Shown piece after piece: positions 12,561 to 25,680 of a stretch of DNA of 64,000 bases; positions within the stretch are counted from its first letter, which is position 1, and each line of letters starts with the position of its first letter. The notes beneath the pieces are model-generated. The model was not told the DNA's origin. It saw only the letters and a list, made by a program, of their open reading frames with translations, and searched no databases. This stretch comes from Octopus sinensis (taxonomy: Eukaryota), in assembly GCF_006345805.1 (NCBI RefSeq), contig NC_043002.1, forward strand, positions 69,998,001 through 70,062,000. Reading direction: 5' to 3'. The position numbers and the translations under genes were made by a program.

Positions 12561-13849
12561 GAGGGACGTTCAATAAGTAATGCCTCTGACCCACTTCCAG
12601 GTGTTTGATCTAGTTGAAATTTTGCATGTGCAATTACTTATATCTCTATAGATTAGGTGGCAAATTACAGCTCTGAACTAATTATGGTTTCTGATTTACA
12701 GGTGTTTGAACTGAGTCAAGTGTGAAATGGAGCCTGTTGAGTGTCGAGCAGTGATCCGGTTTTTGTATTTGAAAGGACGCACACCACGGGAGACTTTTGA
12801 TGAAATGAAAATAACTTATGGTGATGATGCCCCATCATATGACCTTGTAAAACGCTGGCATCGTGAATTCAAACATGGTCGGAACTCTGTGGAAACAGCT
12901 CCCAGATCTGGTCGACCCCCTTCTGCCATTGATGAGGCATCTGTCCGTCAAGTTGAGGCTGCCATTTTGGAAGATCGACGCATAACTATTCGCCAAATAG
13001 CCCATGAGGTCAAGATTAGTACCGGGTCAGTGGAAACTATCATTCATGACCATTTGCATATGCAGAAGGTGTCTGCCAGATGGATTCCCGGGTTGCTCAC
13101 ACCTTTCCAGAAGCAAGAACGCGTCGAGTGCTCGAGGATGAATTTGGAGACGTACCAAGAAGATGAGTCAAACTTTTTCAAAAGACTGATTTCACGGGAT
13201 GAAACCTGGGTCCATCACTATGATCCAGAGACCAAAGCCCAGTCAATGCAGTGGAAGCACCGTGACTCACCTCCTCCAAAGAAGGCAAGGGTGCAGCCCT
13301 CTGCTGGCAAGGTCATGCTCACAGTCTTCTGGGACCAGGACGGAGTAGTGATGACAGATTTCCTGGCAAAGGGAACCACAATTACAGGAGCCTATTATGC
13401 TTCACTTTTGAGGAAATTAAGAGAAGCTATCAAAATCAAGAGGCGGGGTAAGATCAGCGAAGGCATCCTCTTCCTGCAGGACAACGCTCCGGTCCACAAC
13501 TCGCGTGTCGCCAGATCAGAAGCACAGGCGTGCGGCTATGGACTCCTCCCCCACCCCCCTACTCTCCTGACCTTGCACCCTCTGATTTCACCTCTTCCCA
13601 GCCATGAAGTTGTTTTTGAAAGGAAAGCATTTCCCAGATGATGCAGCCTTGATTTCTAAAGTCACGTCGTGGATGGAGGACCAAGCTGGGGTCTTTTACA
13701 AAAACGGTCTCCAGAGCTGGATCAAACGATGGGAGTAATGCGTAACTCTGAGTGGTTCCTATGTAGAAAAAGACCAATAACTGTGCCAAGTTCCGTTGCT
13801 CTACTGGTATGGGAAGTGGGTCAGGGGCATTACTTATTGAACGCCCCTC

Positions 13850-13852
<3 letters not shown>
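12558..13852 (+). mobile_element. Young mariner (DD34D) transposon
   Basis: TIRs of about 39 bp, CGAGGG(A/G)CGTTCAATAAGTAATGCC(T/C)CTGACCCACTTCC with 2 mismatches, in a TA context, enclosing a transposase. Confidence 0.95.
12727..13780 (+). pseudogene. Mariner transposase with two -1 frameshifts (about 13555-13590) and a late in-frame TAA (13736)
   Basis: WIPGLL (WVPxxL), DETW, QDNAPVH. HPPYSPDLAPSDF is restored by adding one C and one T, giving 34 residues between the second and third Asp. Confidence 0.9.
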
Positions 13853-13894
<42 letters not shown>

Positions 13895-13986
13895 ATTGCA
13901 TTTCTCACTTTCCGTCCTGCTCTTATATGACTATACAGACGAGATAAATATGTATATCTCCATATATGTGTGAACATATATATATA

Positions 13987-14304
13987 GCACTCCGTCGGTT
14001 ACGACGACGGGGTTCCAGTTTATCCGATCAACGGAATAGCTTGCTCGTGAAATTAACGTGCAAGTTGTTGAGCACTCCACAGAAACGCGTACCTTTAACG
14101 TAGTCCACTGGGAACTTCAGCGTGACACAATGTGACAATGCTGGCCCATTTTTGAAATACATGTGCTACTCATTGTTGCCAGCTGAGAGGACTGGAAAAA
14201 ATGTGAAATAAAGTGCCTTATTCAAGGACGCAACGCGTCGCCAGAAATTGAACTAACGACCTTACGATCCTGAGCCGAATGCTCTAACAACTAAGTCACC
14301 CACC
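13987..14304 (-). mobile_element. tRNA-derived SINE family B (more diverged)
   Basis: Homologous to 11896-12203. Confidence 0.8.
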
Positions 14305-14439
14305 TCCCCCCCCACACAAAACACAGACACATATACATATATCATATGGGTGTATACACACGCGCGCACACACATATCATGTATATATTACATACATATG
14401 TACATATTCACATATCGTAATGTTAAAGGTGAAACTATA

Positions 14440-14625
14440 TTGGTTTCAAATTTTGGCACAAGGCCAGCAATTTCGTGGGAGGGGGATGAGTTGATTACAT
14501 CGACCCCAGTGTTTAACTGGTACTTATTTTATCGATCTCGGTGCAATTCGAACTCAGAACGCAAAGTCGGACGAAATGCCGCCTGGCATTTTGTCCGGAG
14601 CAGTAACAAATCTATCAGTTCACTT
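14440..14625 (-). mobile_element. SINE family D fragment
   Basis: Reverse complement matches 50332-50731. Confidence 0.7.
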
Positions 14626-14654
14626 AACAACAACAACAAAAACAACAATAATAA

Positions 14655-15196
14655 AAATACTGGGCTAAACTAAATAAAAAAGAAATAAAAGAAATAGACA
14701 GAGAAAAATCCCAGCAATGGTTGAGAAGCTCAGGACTCAAAGCAGAGACTGAAGAATTTTTAATTGCAGCACAAGATCAAAGCCTCTCCACCAGAAATTA
14801 CCAAAAATATATAATGAAAAGAAGCATAACAAGTAACTGCAGAATATGTGGAGATGGACAAGAAACAATAAATCATATTATCTCTGGCTGCCCAGTCCTG
14901 GCTAAGAAGGAATATATTCACAGACACGATAGAGTTGAGACCTACATTGGAAGCTATGCCAACGATATGGAATAACAACAGAAAAAGATGGTAGAAGCAC
15001 ACACCAGAAAAGCTCGCAGAAAACGAGAAAACAACCATACTCTGGCATATGCCAATACACACAGATAGAGAAATTAAGTCCAATAGGCCAGATATAGTTG
15101 TTAGAGATCATGAAGGAAAAATGCTTTCTAATTGATGTATCAATACCAGCAGATGACAACGTTTCTTTTAAAGAAATGGAGAAACTTTCAAAATAC
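14655..15196 (+). mobile_element. R4/Dong-like RLE non-LTR retrotransposon fragment (zinc knuckle plus endonuclease)
   Basis: AQDQSLSTRNY, CRICGDGQETINHIISGC, RHD, RPDIV...LIDVSIP...KEMEKLSKY (frameshifted). Confidence 0.85.
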
Positions 15197-15208
15197 AATA
15201 ATAATAAT

Positions 15209-15573
15209 ATGTACATTGTTTTGTCTTGGTATAAAAGATGGGCTACAGCAAATATCTTGCTCAGTACTGCAGATTTGCTTATCAGTTGCTTGACCACAAT
15301 CAGTTGAGCATGTCCCGTAGCGGCTGACGATATGTGCATCTCTGATTACGAGCAGAAGTAGTAGGGGAGCATCATAGACATGTGTCGAGAGGAATTCTTT
15401 GGGGTTTGGATAATTCACGTTTGGAAACATGGGTATTACGTCCAACATCCTCCAACAACCCTTATTCAGGAATCTTTTGAGCGGAAAGGCTACTCGACAT
15501 GAAGAAAACTCTAGCTGGGCCCCTACCTGCAAGGTTATGCGTTGTTTATCATGATATGAGATCACCATGTCGC
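15209..15573 (+). mobile_element. Partial copy of the 0.55-kb (TAA)n-nested non-coding element
   Basis: Aligns to the interior of 17016-17605. It is 5'-truncated and cut at its 3' side by the next LINE. Confidence 0.8.
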
Positions 15574-16907
15574 TAACGATACCGTCGGGGGAGGTTACGA
15601 AGCAGGTAGAAGAGACGGGCTATAAGTACTTGGGGATACTGGAAATGGATAAATTGATGGAGAAAGAAATGACAGAAAAATTTGAGGTGGAGTACTTGCG
15701 CAGACTGAGACTGATCCTTAAGTCGAAATTAAATGGACGGAATAAGATCGAAGCTATCAACACTGGGGGCGGTTTCACTCCTTAGATATGGAGCAGGGGT
15801 AATCGCATGGATAGTAGACGAACTAAACAGCTTAGACAGAAAGACAAAGAAGTTGCTAACTAAATATGGACACTCCACCCAAAAAGTGACACAGACAGAC
15901 TGTATGTACCAAGAAAAAGAGGGGAAGAGGACTTATTAGATGTGAAGACAGCATTAGAGTAGAAGAAAACAACATAGTATGGTATATAAAAAATGCCACA
16001 GAATCGCGATTATTTGAAGTAGGAAGGTCAGGCTTGTGTAGGATGAAAAATTGCAAAGATAAAGCACTATACAAGAAATTGAAAACGAATGAAACTGAAA
16101 ATAGGTGGGTAAAGAAAAGAATGCATGGTCAATTTCAGACAGAGAAAAAAGATGGCTGTGGATGACTAAGAGCGATTTAAAACCGGAAATGTAGGCTCTA
16201 ATCTGTGCTACTCAAGAGCAAGCACCAAGAACAAACTACATAAAATACAGAATAGACAACACAGCAGAAAGTGATAAGTACAGAATCTGTGGACAAAACG
16301 GTGAAACCGTATGGCATATTACCAGCCAATGTACACCATTAGCCCAGAAAGAATATGAGACACCACGACAATATAGCCAGGCTTGTCCATTGGACACTCT
16401 GCAACAAGTATGGACTTGACAGTAAAAAATTGGTACTACCACAAACCTGAAGGCATCGTGGAAAATAGTAATGCAAATAATTTTATGTTTCAGTGCAACC
16501 GTGAAATAGAAAATAGGAAGCCGGACATAGTTGAATTGAGAAAGAAAATAAACTATTCTGGATGACAGATATAACATGCCCAGCTGACAACAAGGTATGC
16601 GATTAGGAAGAAAGAAAAGTTGAGATATGACAGGTTAGCTTGGGAGGTTAAGCAGTTGTGGTCGATGAAAAAGGTAGCTGTAGTACCAATAATTGTCGGA
16701 GCCCTGGGAACAGTGAACAAAAATCTCGAGAAGTACGTGGAACAAATAGGGGCTGCAATAAGGGTGGAGCACTTGCAGAAAACAGCACTGCTTGGAACCG
16801 CTCGAATACTCCCGAAGGTGCTCGAAAAATAAAAGGTGTTACCTTAGTTCACTGGAAGGGAGCAGCTGACACTAGTACATCTCCAGCGTTAGAAGCTGTG
16901 CAAAGGG
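15574..16907 (+). mobile_element. 5'-truncated R4/Dong-like RLE LINE (second family) with intact 3' end
   Basis: YKYLG, LKSKLNGRNKIEAIN, RKPDIV, VVPIIVGALG, LQKTALLGTARIL. The 3' UTR ends directly in (AAT)n. Confidence 0.85.
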
Positions 16908-17015
16908 AATAATAATAATAATAATAATAACAACAACAACAACAACACCACCACCACCAACAACAACAACACCACCACCAACAACAACAACAACAATAAT
17001 AATAATAATAATAAT

Positions 17016-17605
17016 GCCCTGATGCAGTACCAATGCCCTGATGCAGTATAAATGCCCTGATGCAGTACCAGGCAGTGGCTCTCATGGCTTCTGATCTTAA
17101 CTGATTGGAAGTGTTATCATGTACATTGTTTTGTCTTGGTATAAAAGATGGGCTACAGCAAATATTCTGCTCAATACCACAGATTTGCTTGTCAGTTGTT
17201 TGACCTTAACCAGTTGAGCATGTCCCTTAGTGGCTGACGATATGTGCATCTCTGATCACGAGCAGAAGTAGTGGGGGAGCATCATAGCCAGTGTTAGAAG
17301 GATTCTTTGGGGTTTGAATAATTCACCTCTGGAAACATGGGTGTTTCGTTCAACGTCCTTAAACAACCCTTATTCAGGGACCTTTTGAGCAGGATGGGTT
17401 ACTCGATCTGTCGAAAATTCTAACTGGGCTCCACCTGCAAGGTCATGTGCTGTTTATCTTGATATGAGATCACCATGTCGCGCACATATGGTTGTGATGC
17501 ATGTGCCTGGTGTACCCTTATCAGACGGGTAGTCATGATGGGTATACTGGGCTTCGTATATTTTACCCCAGTGTCACTTTGATGGCATGCTCTGCTCGCT
17601 CACTC
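17016..17605 (+). mobile_element. Longest copy of the 0.55-kb non-coding element inserted in (TAA)n
   Basis: Four copies in the window (15209, 17016, 17966, 62297) have variable left ends. The three uninterrupted copies share the right end ...cactc|aataat. No ORF. Confidence 0.8.
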
Positions 17606-17659
17606 AATAATAATAATAATAATGATAATAATAATAATAATATTGATAATAATAATCCT

Positions 17660-17865
17660 TACCATTATAGGCACAAACCTGAAATTTGGTGGAGGGGGCC
17701 AGTCAATTAGATCGATCTCAGTATGCAGCTGGTACTTAATTTATCGACTCCGAAAGGATGAAACGCAAAGTCGACCTCGGCGCAATTTGAACTCAGAAAG
17801 TAAAGACGGACGAAATGTCGCTTAGCATTTTGTCCAGTGCAGTAACGAGTCAGCCAATTATCTTC
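17660..17865 (-). mobile_element. SINE family D fragment
   Basis: Homologous to 50332-50731 in reverse. Confidence 0.7.
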
Positions 17866-17934
17866 ACTATGATGATAATAATAATAATAATAATAATAAC
17901 AATAATAATAATAATGGTGATGATGATAATAATG

Positions 17935-17965
<31 letters not shown>

Positions 17966-18501
17966 GCAGTGGCTCTCATGGCTTCTTATCTTAACTAATT
18001 GGAAGTGTTATCATGTACATTGTTTTGTCTTGGTATAAAAGATGGGCTACAGCAAATATTCTGCTCAATACCACAGATTTGCTTGTCAGTTGTTTGACCT
18101 TAACCAGTTGAGCATGTCCCTTAGTGGCTGACGATATGTGCATCTCTGATCACAAGCAGAAGTAGTGGGGGAGCATCATAGCCATGTGTTGAGAGGGATT
18201 CTTTTGGGTTTGAATAATTCACCTCTGGAAACATGGGTGGTTCTTTCAACATCCTTAAACAACTCTTATTCAGGGACCTTTTGAGCGGGATGGGCTATTC
18301 AACCTGAAGAAAATTCTTACTGGGGCCCACTTGCAAGGTCATGTGCTGTTTATCTTGATATGAGATCACCATGTCGCGCACATATGGTTGTGATGCATGT
18401 GCCTGGTGTACCCTTATCAGACGGGTAGCCATGATGGGTATATTGGGCTTCGTATATTTTACCCCAGTGTCACTTTGATGGCATGAACTGCTCTCTCACT
18501 C
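17966..18501 (+). mobile_element. 0.55-kb (TAA)n-nested element, 5'-truncated
   Basis: Closely similar to 17016-17605 and flanked by (AAT)n on both sides. Confidence 0.8.
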
Positions 18502-18511
18502 AATAATAATA

Positions 18512-18551
<40 letters not shown>

Positions 18552-18657
18552 CAATAATAATAATACACCATTATATTACTGCTACAATTTCTTCATATAT
18601 TGTATATATTCTCCACTATGCAACATACTCATCATTATCACCATGGCCACCACCGCT

Positions 18658-18688
<31 letters not shown>

Positions 18689-19188
18689 CCATCATAATTT
18701 CCCCCTTCCCCACTACCACTACCATCATCATCGTCGACGTCCTCTTCGTCCTTCGCATCATCATCACCATCACCGTGTAAAATAAGACAATTTTAGTCGG
18801 TAATCGTTTATTTTGGAAGAAATCCGTGACTGGAATCAATGAATGTAGTTCATGCCAACTACATGCAGCACATCCGGTAATAAATGAATAGGAAAAAATG
18901 TGTTAAACAGATATTAATACGCTGAATGTAGTAAATTATTTCTATTGAATCAAATTAGACAACGATTGAGGGCTTCCGTTTCAAGAAGTATCTTACAAAG
19001 TAGAACTTAGAACTTTGCCAAATGTAAAAACATTGATACAAAAAGCAACACACCTACACATGACGTATAAGTATGTTTCACATAGAAACGCACCTGCAGA
19101 AATACACGCATACATATATACATGCATGCATGCATACATATATACATATATACATGCATGCACACACACATAAATATATATATGTATG

Positions 19189-19222
<34 letters not shown>

Positions 19223-19285
19223 TTATAATATATATAAATTTTTAGATATATATATGTATGTATATATATAAATATATGTATATAT

Positions 19286-19342
<57 letters not shown>

Positions 19343-19661
19343 GTATATATATATGTATATATATATATGTATGTATATATGTATATATATATACATATAT
19401 GCGTGTGTATTATATTTATTTATACTTACATATGTATATGTATATGTGGTGTAGTGTGTTATATTTATTTATACATATATATATATGTATGTATGTATGT
19501 ATGTATATACATACATATATATACGAAAGAATGCGTGTGTGTGTGTGAGAGAGAGAGACAATGATAGAGTGATAGAGGTTTCATTATATGTGTGTGTAAA
19601 TACAAAATACAAAAATTGTGCGTATACATATAAAGCAATGCAGAAACAACACGCACACACT

Positions 19662-19719
<58 letters not shown>

Positions 19720-19910
19720 CACAAATACATATTGCTTCCTTTACATATTACGCCTATTACACTTTATATTATAAGCGTTAAATATTATATCTTTTCTATT
19801 ACCTTTTTACATGTTAAACTCAGATGCATACAGACCCTCAATATATTCATACTTAATACTATTGAATTTAGACGATATAGGAATTCTCTCTCTCTCTTTC
19901 TCTTTCCCTG

Positions 19911-19948
<38 letters not shown>

Positions 19949-20119
19949 CATACAGAAAATTGAATTTGCTTCTTAGTCAAGTAGGAGAGGTTGTACGTAA
20001 GATTCTTTTAAAGGCGTCCAAGAATTGTGGGAGGGACTACAAAAGTATCTGTATATATCATGTGTGTGTGTGTATATGTATATATACATATGTATGTGTA
20101 TATATATATATGTATAGTG

Positions 20120-20163
<44 letters not shown>

Positions 20164-20238
20164 ATATATCTAACAGTATATATATATATATATGCATACA
20201 CACACATGCATACATACGTACATATGTATATATACATA

Positions 20239-20274
<36 letters not shown>

Positions 20275-20328
20275 TTACCCCCCCACACACATATATATAT
20301 AGATGATATATGAACATATACTTACATA

Positions 20329-21559
20329 TATTTGGTCATCTCATAAATAATGCGATTTTTCAGTTACATGAACTAAAAAGTCGAAGAAGGAATGGATAAA
20401 CTACCTGCATGAACTTGCTATAACAGTAGGTAGTAATTTTACCTTGCCCTTATCCTTAGCATTACCAATTCAAGTTTTGAAGAGTGCAATTCGGTTTTAA
20501 CAGTTATTTTTTCAAAGCTATAATGGAAGTGGCAAAGGAGCATATTCGGTATATTTTGCTTTATGAGTTCAATAAAGGCAACAACACAACGGAAAGTACG
20601 AGAATACTAATGCAGTATATGGCGACTGGACAATAAGCGTAAGCCAACGTCAACGGTGGTTCCAGAAATTTTGAGTCGGAAACTACAGCCTAGAAGTTGA
20701 GCCTGGTCCTGGAAGATCTGTGGGCTCGGTGAGGACGTCCTGCAAACCCAGATGGAACAAAATTCCATTGTAACTGTTGAGAAGCTAGCAGAGAAGCTTG
20801 GATTTGGTCATTCAACTATTCCCTGACATTTGTATGCCATCGGAAAAATCAGCAAATTGAGTCAATGGGTCCCTCACAAACTTTCCGAGTCTAACCAGGC
20901 GCAAAGAGTGAATGTGTACTCTTCTCTGCTGTCAAGTCTCATGAATGGAACTTTTTTGGACTGAATATTAACTGTTGACCAGAAATGGTTTCTCTTTAGA
21001 AATGTCAAGCGCTGAAGACAGTGGGTATGGAAAGGAGAAACATCAACAACCCAGGTTAAAGAAGGTCTTCACCCACGTAAGATGTTGTTATCTGTTTGGT
21101 GGGATATGAAAGATTTAGTCCAGTTTGAACTTTTGAAACCAAACCAAACGAGAACAAAGATCGGCTCATCTTTGGTTTCAAGACGAAAGGTGTTCCTCCT
21201 CCAGCATAATGCATACGTCGAGGATGACATTCCATAGGCTGGAGCAGTTTGAATGGGAGACAATGCTCCACCCATCATATTGCTCCATCTGGTTATCATT
21301 CATTCCGCAGTTTTCAAAATCATTTGGAGAGAAAAAATATGAATTCTGTAGACGAGGTCAGAACAGTACTGGACGAGTGTTTTTCGTCACTGACAAGTGA
21401 ATTTTGGAAGAGGTGCCTTGCAAGTCTACCCAATAGATGGAAGAACATTGTAAAAAATGAAGGAGAGTATATTTTAGATTAAAAAGAACATTGATTCTCT
21501 TAATTTTGGAAAGTAAAAGAAGTATAAAAAAACTGCATTATTTATGGGATGACCCAATA
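20329..21559 (+). mobile_element. Decayed full-length mariner transposon
   Basis: TIRs TATT(T/G)GGTCATC(T/C)CATAAATAATGC. Broken transposase with MEVAKEHIRYILLYEF (20523), WVPHKL and HIAPSGYHSFRSFQNHL. Confidence 0.9.
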
Positions 21560-21839
21560 TATAGATACATCTTGGGTCCCATTATAATCAACTGTTGCAA
21601 GTTTTCTCGACTAGGCTTCCAATTTGCGGTTATCTTCTCTTCCACTAAGGAGTTACAGACACCGACTTTCCCTCTTGATTAAGCGATAAATAAGGCCTAC
21701 ATAAATGGTTATATAAATTACGTGTGCTACATAAATTTAACTTTGAGCTATCTAAAATATTGATGCTGCGACACAGAAAAAAAAAATGCTATGCGTTTCT
21801 GTTAGATCATTATAACTAGTTTGACATAATATTTTTTAT

Positions 21840-21955
21840 TCAAGTGAGAAAATGTTTTATTTTATCGTTCATATCAATTCCAACTTGTAATTTAATTTTG
21901 AAATATTTCAATATAAATTTCTGTGATAGGAGTTCTTTTTCTAAATCTCTTACAA
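21840..21955 (-). CDS. Candidate exon of an unidentified minus-strand gene
   Basis: Strong acceptor ctgttctgttccatttcag, then phase-1 frame xVRDLEKELLSQKFILKYFKIKLQVGIDMNDKIKHFLT-stop. No homology recognised. Confidence 0.25.
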
Positions 21956-22261
21956 CTGAAATGGAACAGAACAGTTTTCTCAATTTATCAGATGACTTTA
22001 AGATCTCTTTCTTTCTTACTCTCCCCCCTCTCTCTCGTTATCTCTCTGTTTGCTAGTATTTACACTTATATTCAGTTTAACTTCAAGTCAACAGATGACC
22101 CCTTAAAGACGAAGCCTGCATAATTTAGTTCAGCTATTTGTTCTACTAGTATTTCACGCCCATTGGGCAAAAAATTTACCATTTAATTGTGAGTTATGCG
22201 ATAATCAAAGTAAGATCTTTATTCTAATATACAAAAGGAATTTTAAATTGAGATATTTAGC

Positions 22262-22420
22262 ATAGGCGCAGTCGTAGCTATGTGGTAAGAGATTTGCTTC
22301 TCAATCACATGGTTCCAGGTTCAGTCCTCCTGTGTGGCACCTTGGGCAAGTGTCCACTACGATAGCCTCGGGCCAACCAAAGCCTTGTGAATGGATTTGG
22401 TAGACGGAAACTGAAAGGCG
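22262..22420 (-). mobile_element. SINE family A-like head region
   Basis: Contains the family A segments gtcgtagctatgtggtaag and ccttgggcaagtgtcc...ggtagacggaaactgaaag in + order, so the strand shown is uncertain. Confidence 0.5.
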
Positions 22421-22449
22421 CTTGTCATGGTCATGTATGTGTGTGTGTG

Positions 22450-22484
<35 letters not shown>

Positions 22485-23189
22485 CGCGTGTGTTTATGTA
22501 GATTGGAACGCAAAAAAACATTTCGCTGAAGAAATAGTTTTAGGAAAAAAATTCTCCTCCAAGACGTGTGTGAAAAGACATTGGACTACGAATGATGTCA
22601 TCGGAGCTTGGGACGCATGCGTTTCCATGCCGGTATACGGCATCCGCCATAAATACTGAATACATCTTTCACAGCCCTATCAGAACAAAGTGCTTAACAT
22701 ATATAAGAACAGCAAACAGAAAAATTTATTGAAGTAACTTGACTAAGCTTTAGGGACGCTTGCAAGCACACTATTTGCTGTTGGTATATACCATAACCAT
22801 CTTTCTGATAGAAATGTGAAGGACAAATTCAGTGCTCGTGACAAATGACGAGTAACAACACAGAAACACTTGCATATCACGATTCGATGATATAATAATT
22901 TTTTCCCGAGACTATTTGCGCAGCGAAAGGTTTTCGTATGTTCGAGTCCACAAACATGTTAACTATCATCGTACACCCATACATTTTATTTACCGCCGCT
23001 TCGTATGACTATATATATTTAATTGTACCTTGACCAAACTTTATGCCTGCTAGCAAGTGTACGCACTGGTTAAACATTTCTCGAAGACGGTGGTACTTTT
23101 TTTTAAAAAAAAGTTTTTAAGTGATAAGTTCATAGTAATATGAAATAACAACGAAACTTGAAGCCAATATCACGAGCGATCCCACGCTT

Positions 23190-23857
23190 ATACATCCATC
23201 CGTCCGTCCATCCATCCATCCATCCATCCATCCATCCATCCATCCATCCATCCGTCCGTCCGTCCGTCCGTCCGTCCATCTGTCTGTCCGTCCTTCCGCC
23301 CGCCTGTACATACATACATACAAACATACATGCATACATACATACATACATGCATACATACATACATGCATACATGCATGCATACATGCATACATGCATG
23401 CATACATACATACATGCATACATGCATACATGCATACATACATACATACATACATACAAACATGCATACATGCATACATACAAACATACATACATACATG
23501 CATACATACATGCATGCATACATACATACATACATACATACATACATACATACATGCATGCATCATGCATACATACATACATACATACATACATACAAAC
23601 ATGCATACATGCATACATACATACATACATACATACATCATGCATACATGCATACATGCATGCCACCGCATACCCCAATACATACATACATACATACAAC
23701 ATACATACTACATCAACATCATACATACATGCATGCATGCATGCATACATACATACTGCATACATACTTCATACATGCCTACATACATGCATACATACAT
23801 GCATACATACATACATACATGCATGCATACATACATACATACATACATACATACATG
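23190..23857. repeat. Long (CATC)n/(CATA)n/(CATG)n tetranucleotide array
   Basis: Direct inspection. It explains the six overlapping ORFs at 23117-23950. Confidence 0.95.
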
Positions 23858-24900
23858 TATAAGAGTTGGATCGCTCGCGATACTCGCATCAGGGTTCGTC
23901 GTTGTTTGATATCAATACGAACTTATTTAAAAGCTTCGAGAGACGTTTAAGCAAACACCCCCACCACATACGCACATACGCACGTACACACGTACACACG
24001 CAAAAGTCTATGTGTATGTATATATATATATGTATTTATAGGTGTATGCGTTTAAATATATATCTGTTAATACATACTTATCTGTTTATATACGAACATA
24101 TATAGACATATGTTTATACATACATAACATACACACACACATACACATACAACACACACATATATCCTACACACACAGACACACACACACATACACACAC
24201 ATACATCCTACGAGAAACACTTCACTTGTATCGTTTCTGTTGTTGTTATACTTGTATTTCCTAAATTCAAATCCTGTGTCATTGACTTTATCCTTCAGCT
24301 GTCTACTATCCCCGAGGCAGTCAAAAAGAAAATACAATTTGGTTAAACATATAAATAAATAGTGAAATGCTTCCGTAAAGTGCAGATTGCTAACACACAC
24401 AGACACACGTAAAAGTAGATGCTGTACGATAGTAATTCACAGATTCATCTGAGCGGTGGTTCACATCCCACCGGCTCGCTCACATGAACACACATCGCCA
24501 CATTTCTATCTAGTGTATAGAAAAAAAAAAAAAAGAATGTTTATTTCCGTTCGTTCTGAATGCAAGATTGATTTTTTTTAATGTCTTTTTTTTTACTTTG
24601 CTAGATTCACGAAGCAAATAAATGAACCTCTTTGCTGCAGTCTTTCGACTTGCTAGAAATAACACGTCTATTGAGACTCTGCAATATCTTTATGCATCTA
24701 TTTCTATGAGTGTGTGTGTGTGTGTATTTCTCTTTTTTTTTTTCATGCATTTCTTTTTCACTTTTTTTTTGTTTGGCCAACGGTATTTCAGTTCAGAACG
24801 CGCAAAGGTAGTGTAAAACTTCAAACGAAAACTGTTTAGCAAAGTGTTAAATTTTAAAACGTAAACTATATATTGGATATCCCACTAATCACACCTCATT

Positions 24901-24944
<44 letters not shown>

Positions 24945-24965
24945 ATAATATATATATATATATAT

Positions 24966-25100
24966 AGTTCAAATTTATAGAAAACCAAAGACGAAAAAAC
25001 AGGTGTGGAACAACAAGTTAGTGTCAAAATGGAAAAGTCTTTTTCGTTTCGAACCTACGCACTTCGACAGAAAAGAATATGAGGAAATAGAGAATGAAAA
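24966..25100 (-). mobile_element. PLE pseudo-LTR fragment (family A) with a degenerate hammerhead
   Basis: Reverse complement ...ttttctgtcgaagtgcgtaggttcgaaacgaaaaagac. An inverted near-copy lies at 27043-27128. Confidence 0.6.
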
Positions 25101-25680
25101 AAAAAAAAAAAAAACGTGTTGAGTTCAGTGGTTCAGATGGCGAATGGCGTAGTATGTATATATATATTTATATATATGGAAAAAAAGTCAAGATAGAAAA
25201 TGCTAAAATAATTTTTAAAAAACATTTCAGTACGGTTTCAGTCATGAAGACTTTTCAACTGTAACAATTAAACAATTAAATTTAGAAAAATTAAAAGAAA
25301 AGTTTTTTAAAAAAGATATTTTGTATAGCGTTCAAATACAAGTGGTATTTTCCTTGTTTCTGCCTGTCTCTGTCTCTCTTGTTTACTCTTGTGGGTTCGA
25401 GGTCGTTGTGAGTTCTTGATAGGGAAGAAGAAGAAGAAGGAGAAGGAGAAGGAGAAGAAGAAGAAGAAGGAGGAGGAGGAGGAGAAGGAGAAGGAGAAGA
25501 AGAAGAAGAATGTGGGAGTGCCATAACAGTAGTATTTTGAATGGTCAGCAAATGACCCACAGTGGATGGTAGCAGTCGCTGTTCAATTCATGAAAATATT
25601 TATTTTGAATGTTTTGTTTATAGAATTTGCGTAGGTGATAAAGTTAGGAAGGAGAAGGCAGGAGAAAAAGAAGAACTTAG

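Noticed and set aside
11896-14304. Two SINE-B copies flanking the mariner as LTR-like direct repeats
   Set aside because: They are diverged independent SINE insertions separated from the mariner by TA tracts, with no shared TSD.
22502-22659. Plus-strand frame DWNAKKHFAEE...GIRHKY after a tgtag acceptor
   Set aside because: The acceptor derives from a TG microsatellite, both strands have similar open frames, and there is no recognisable family.
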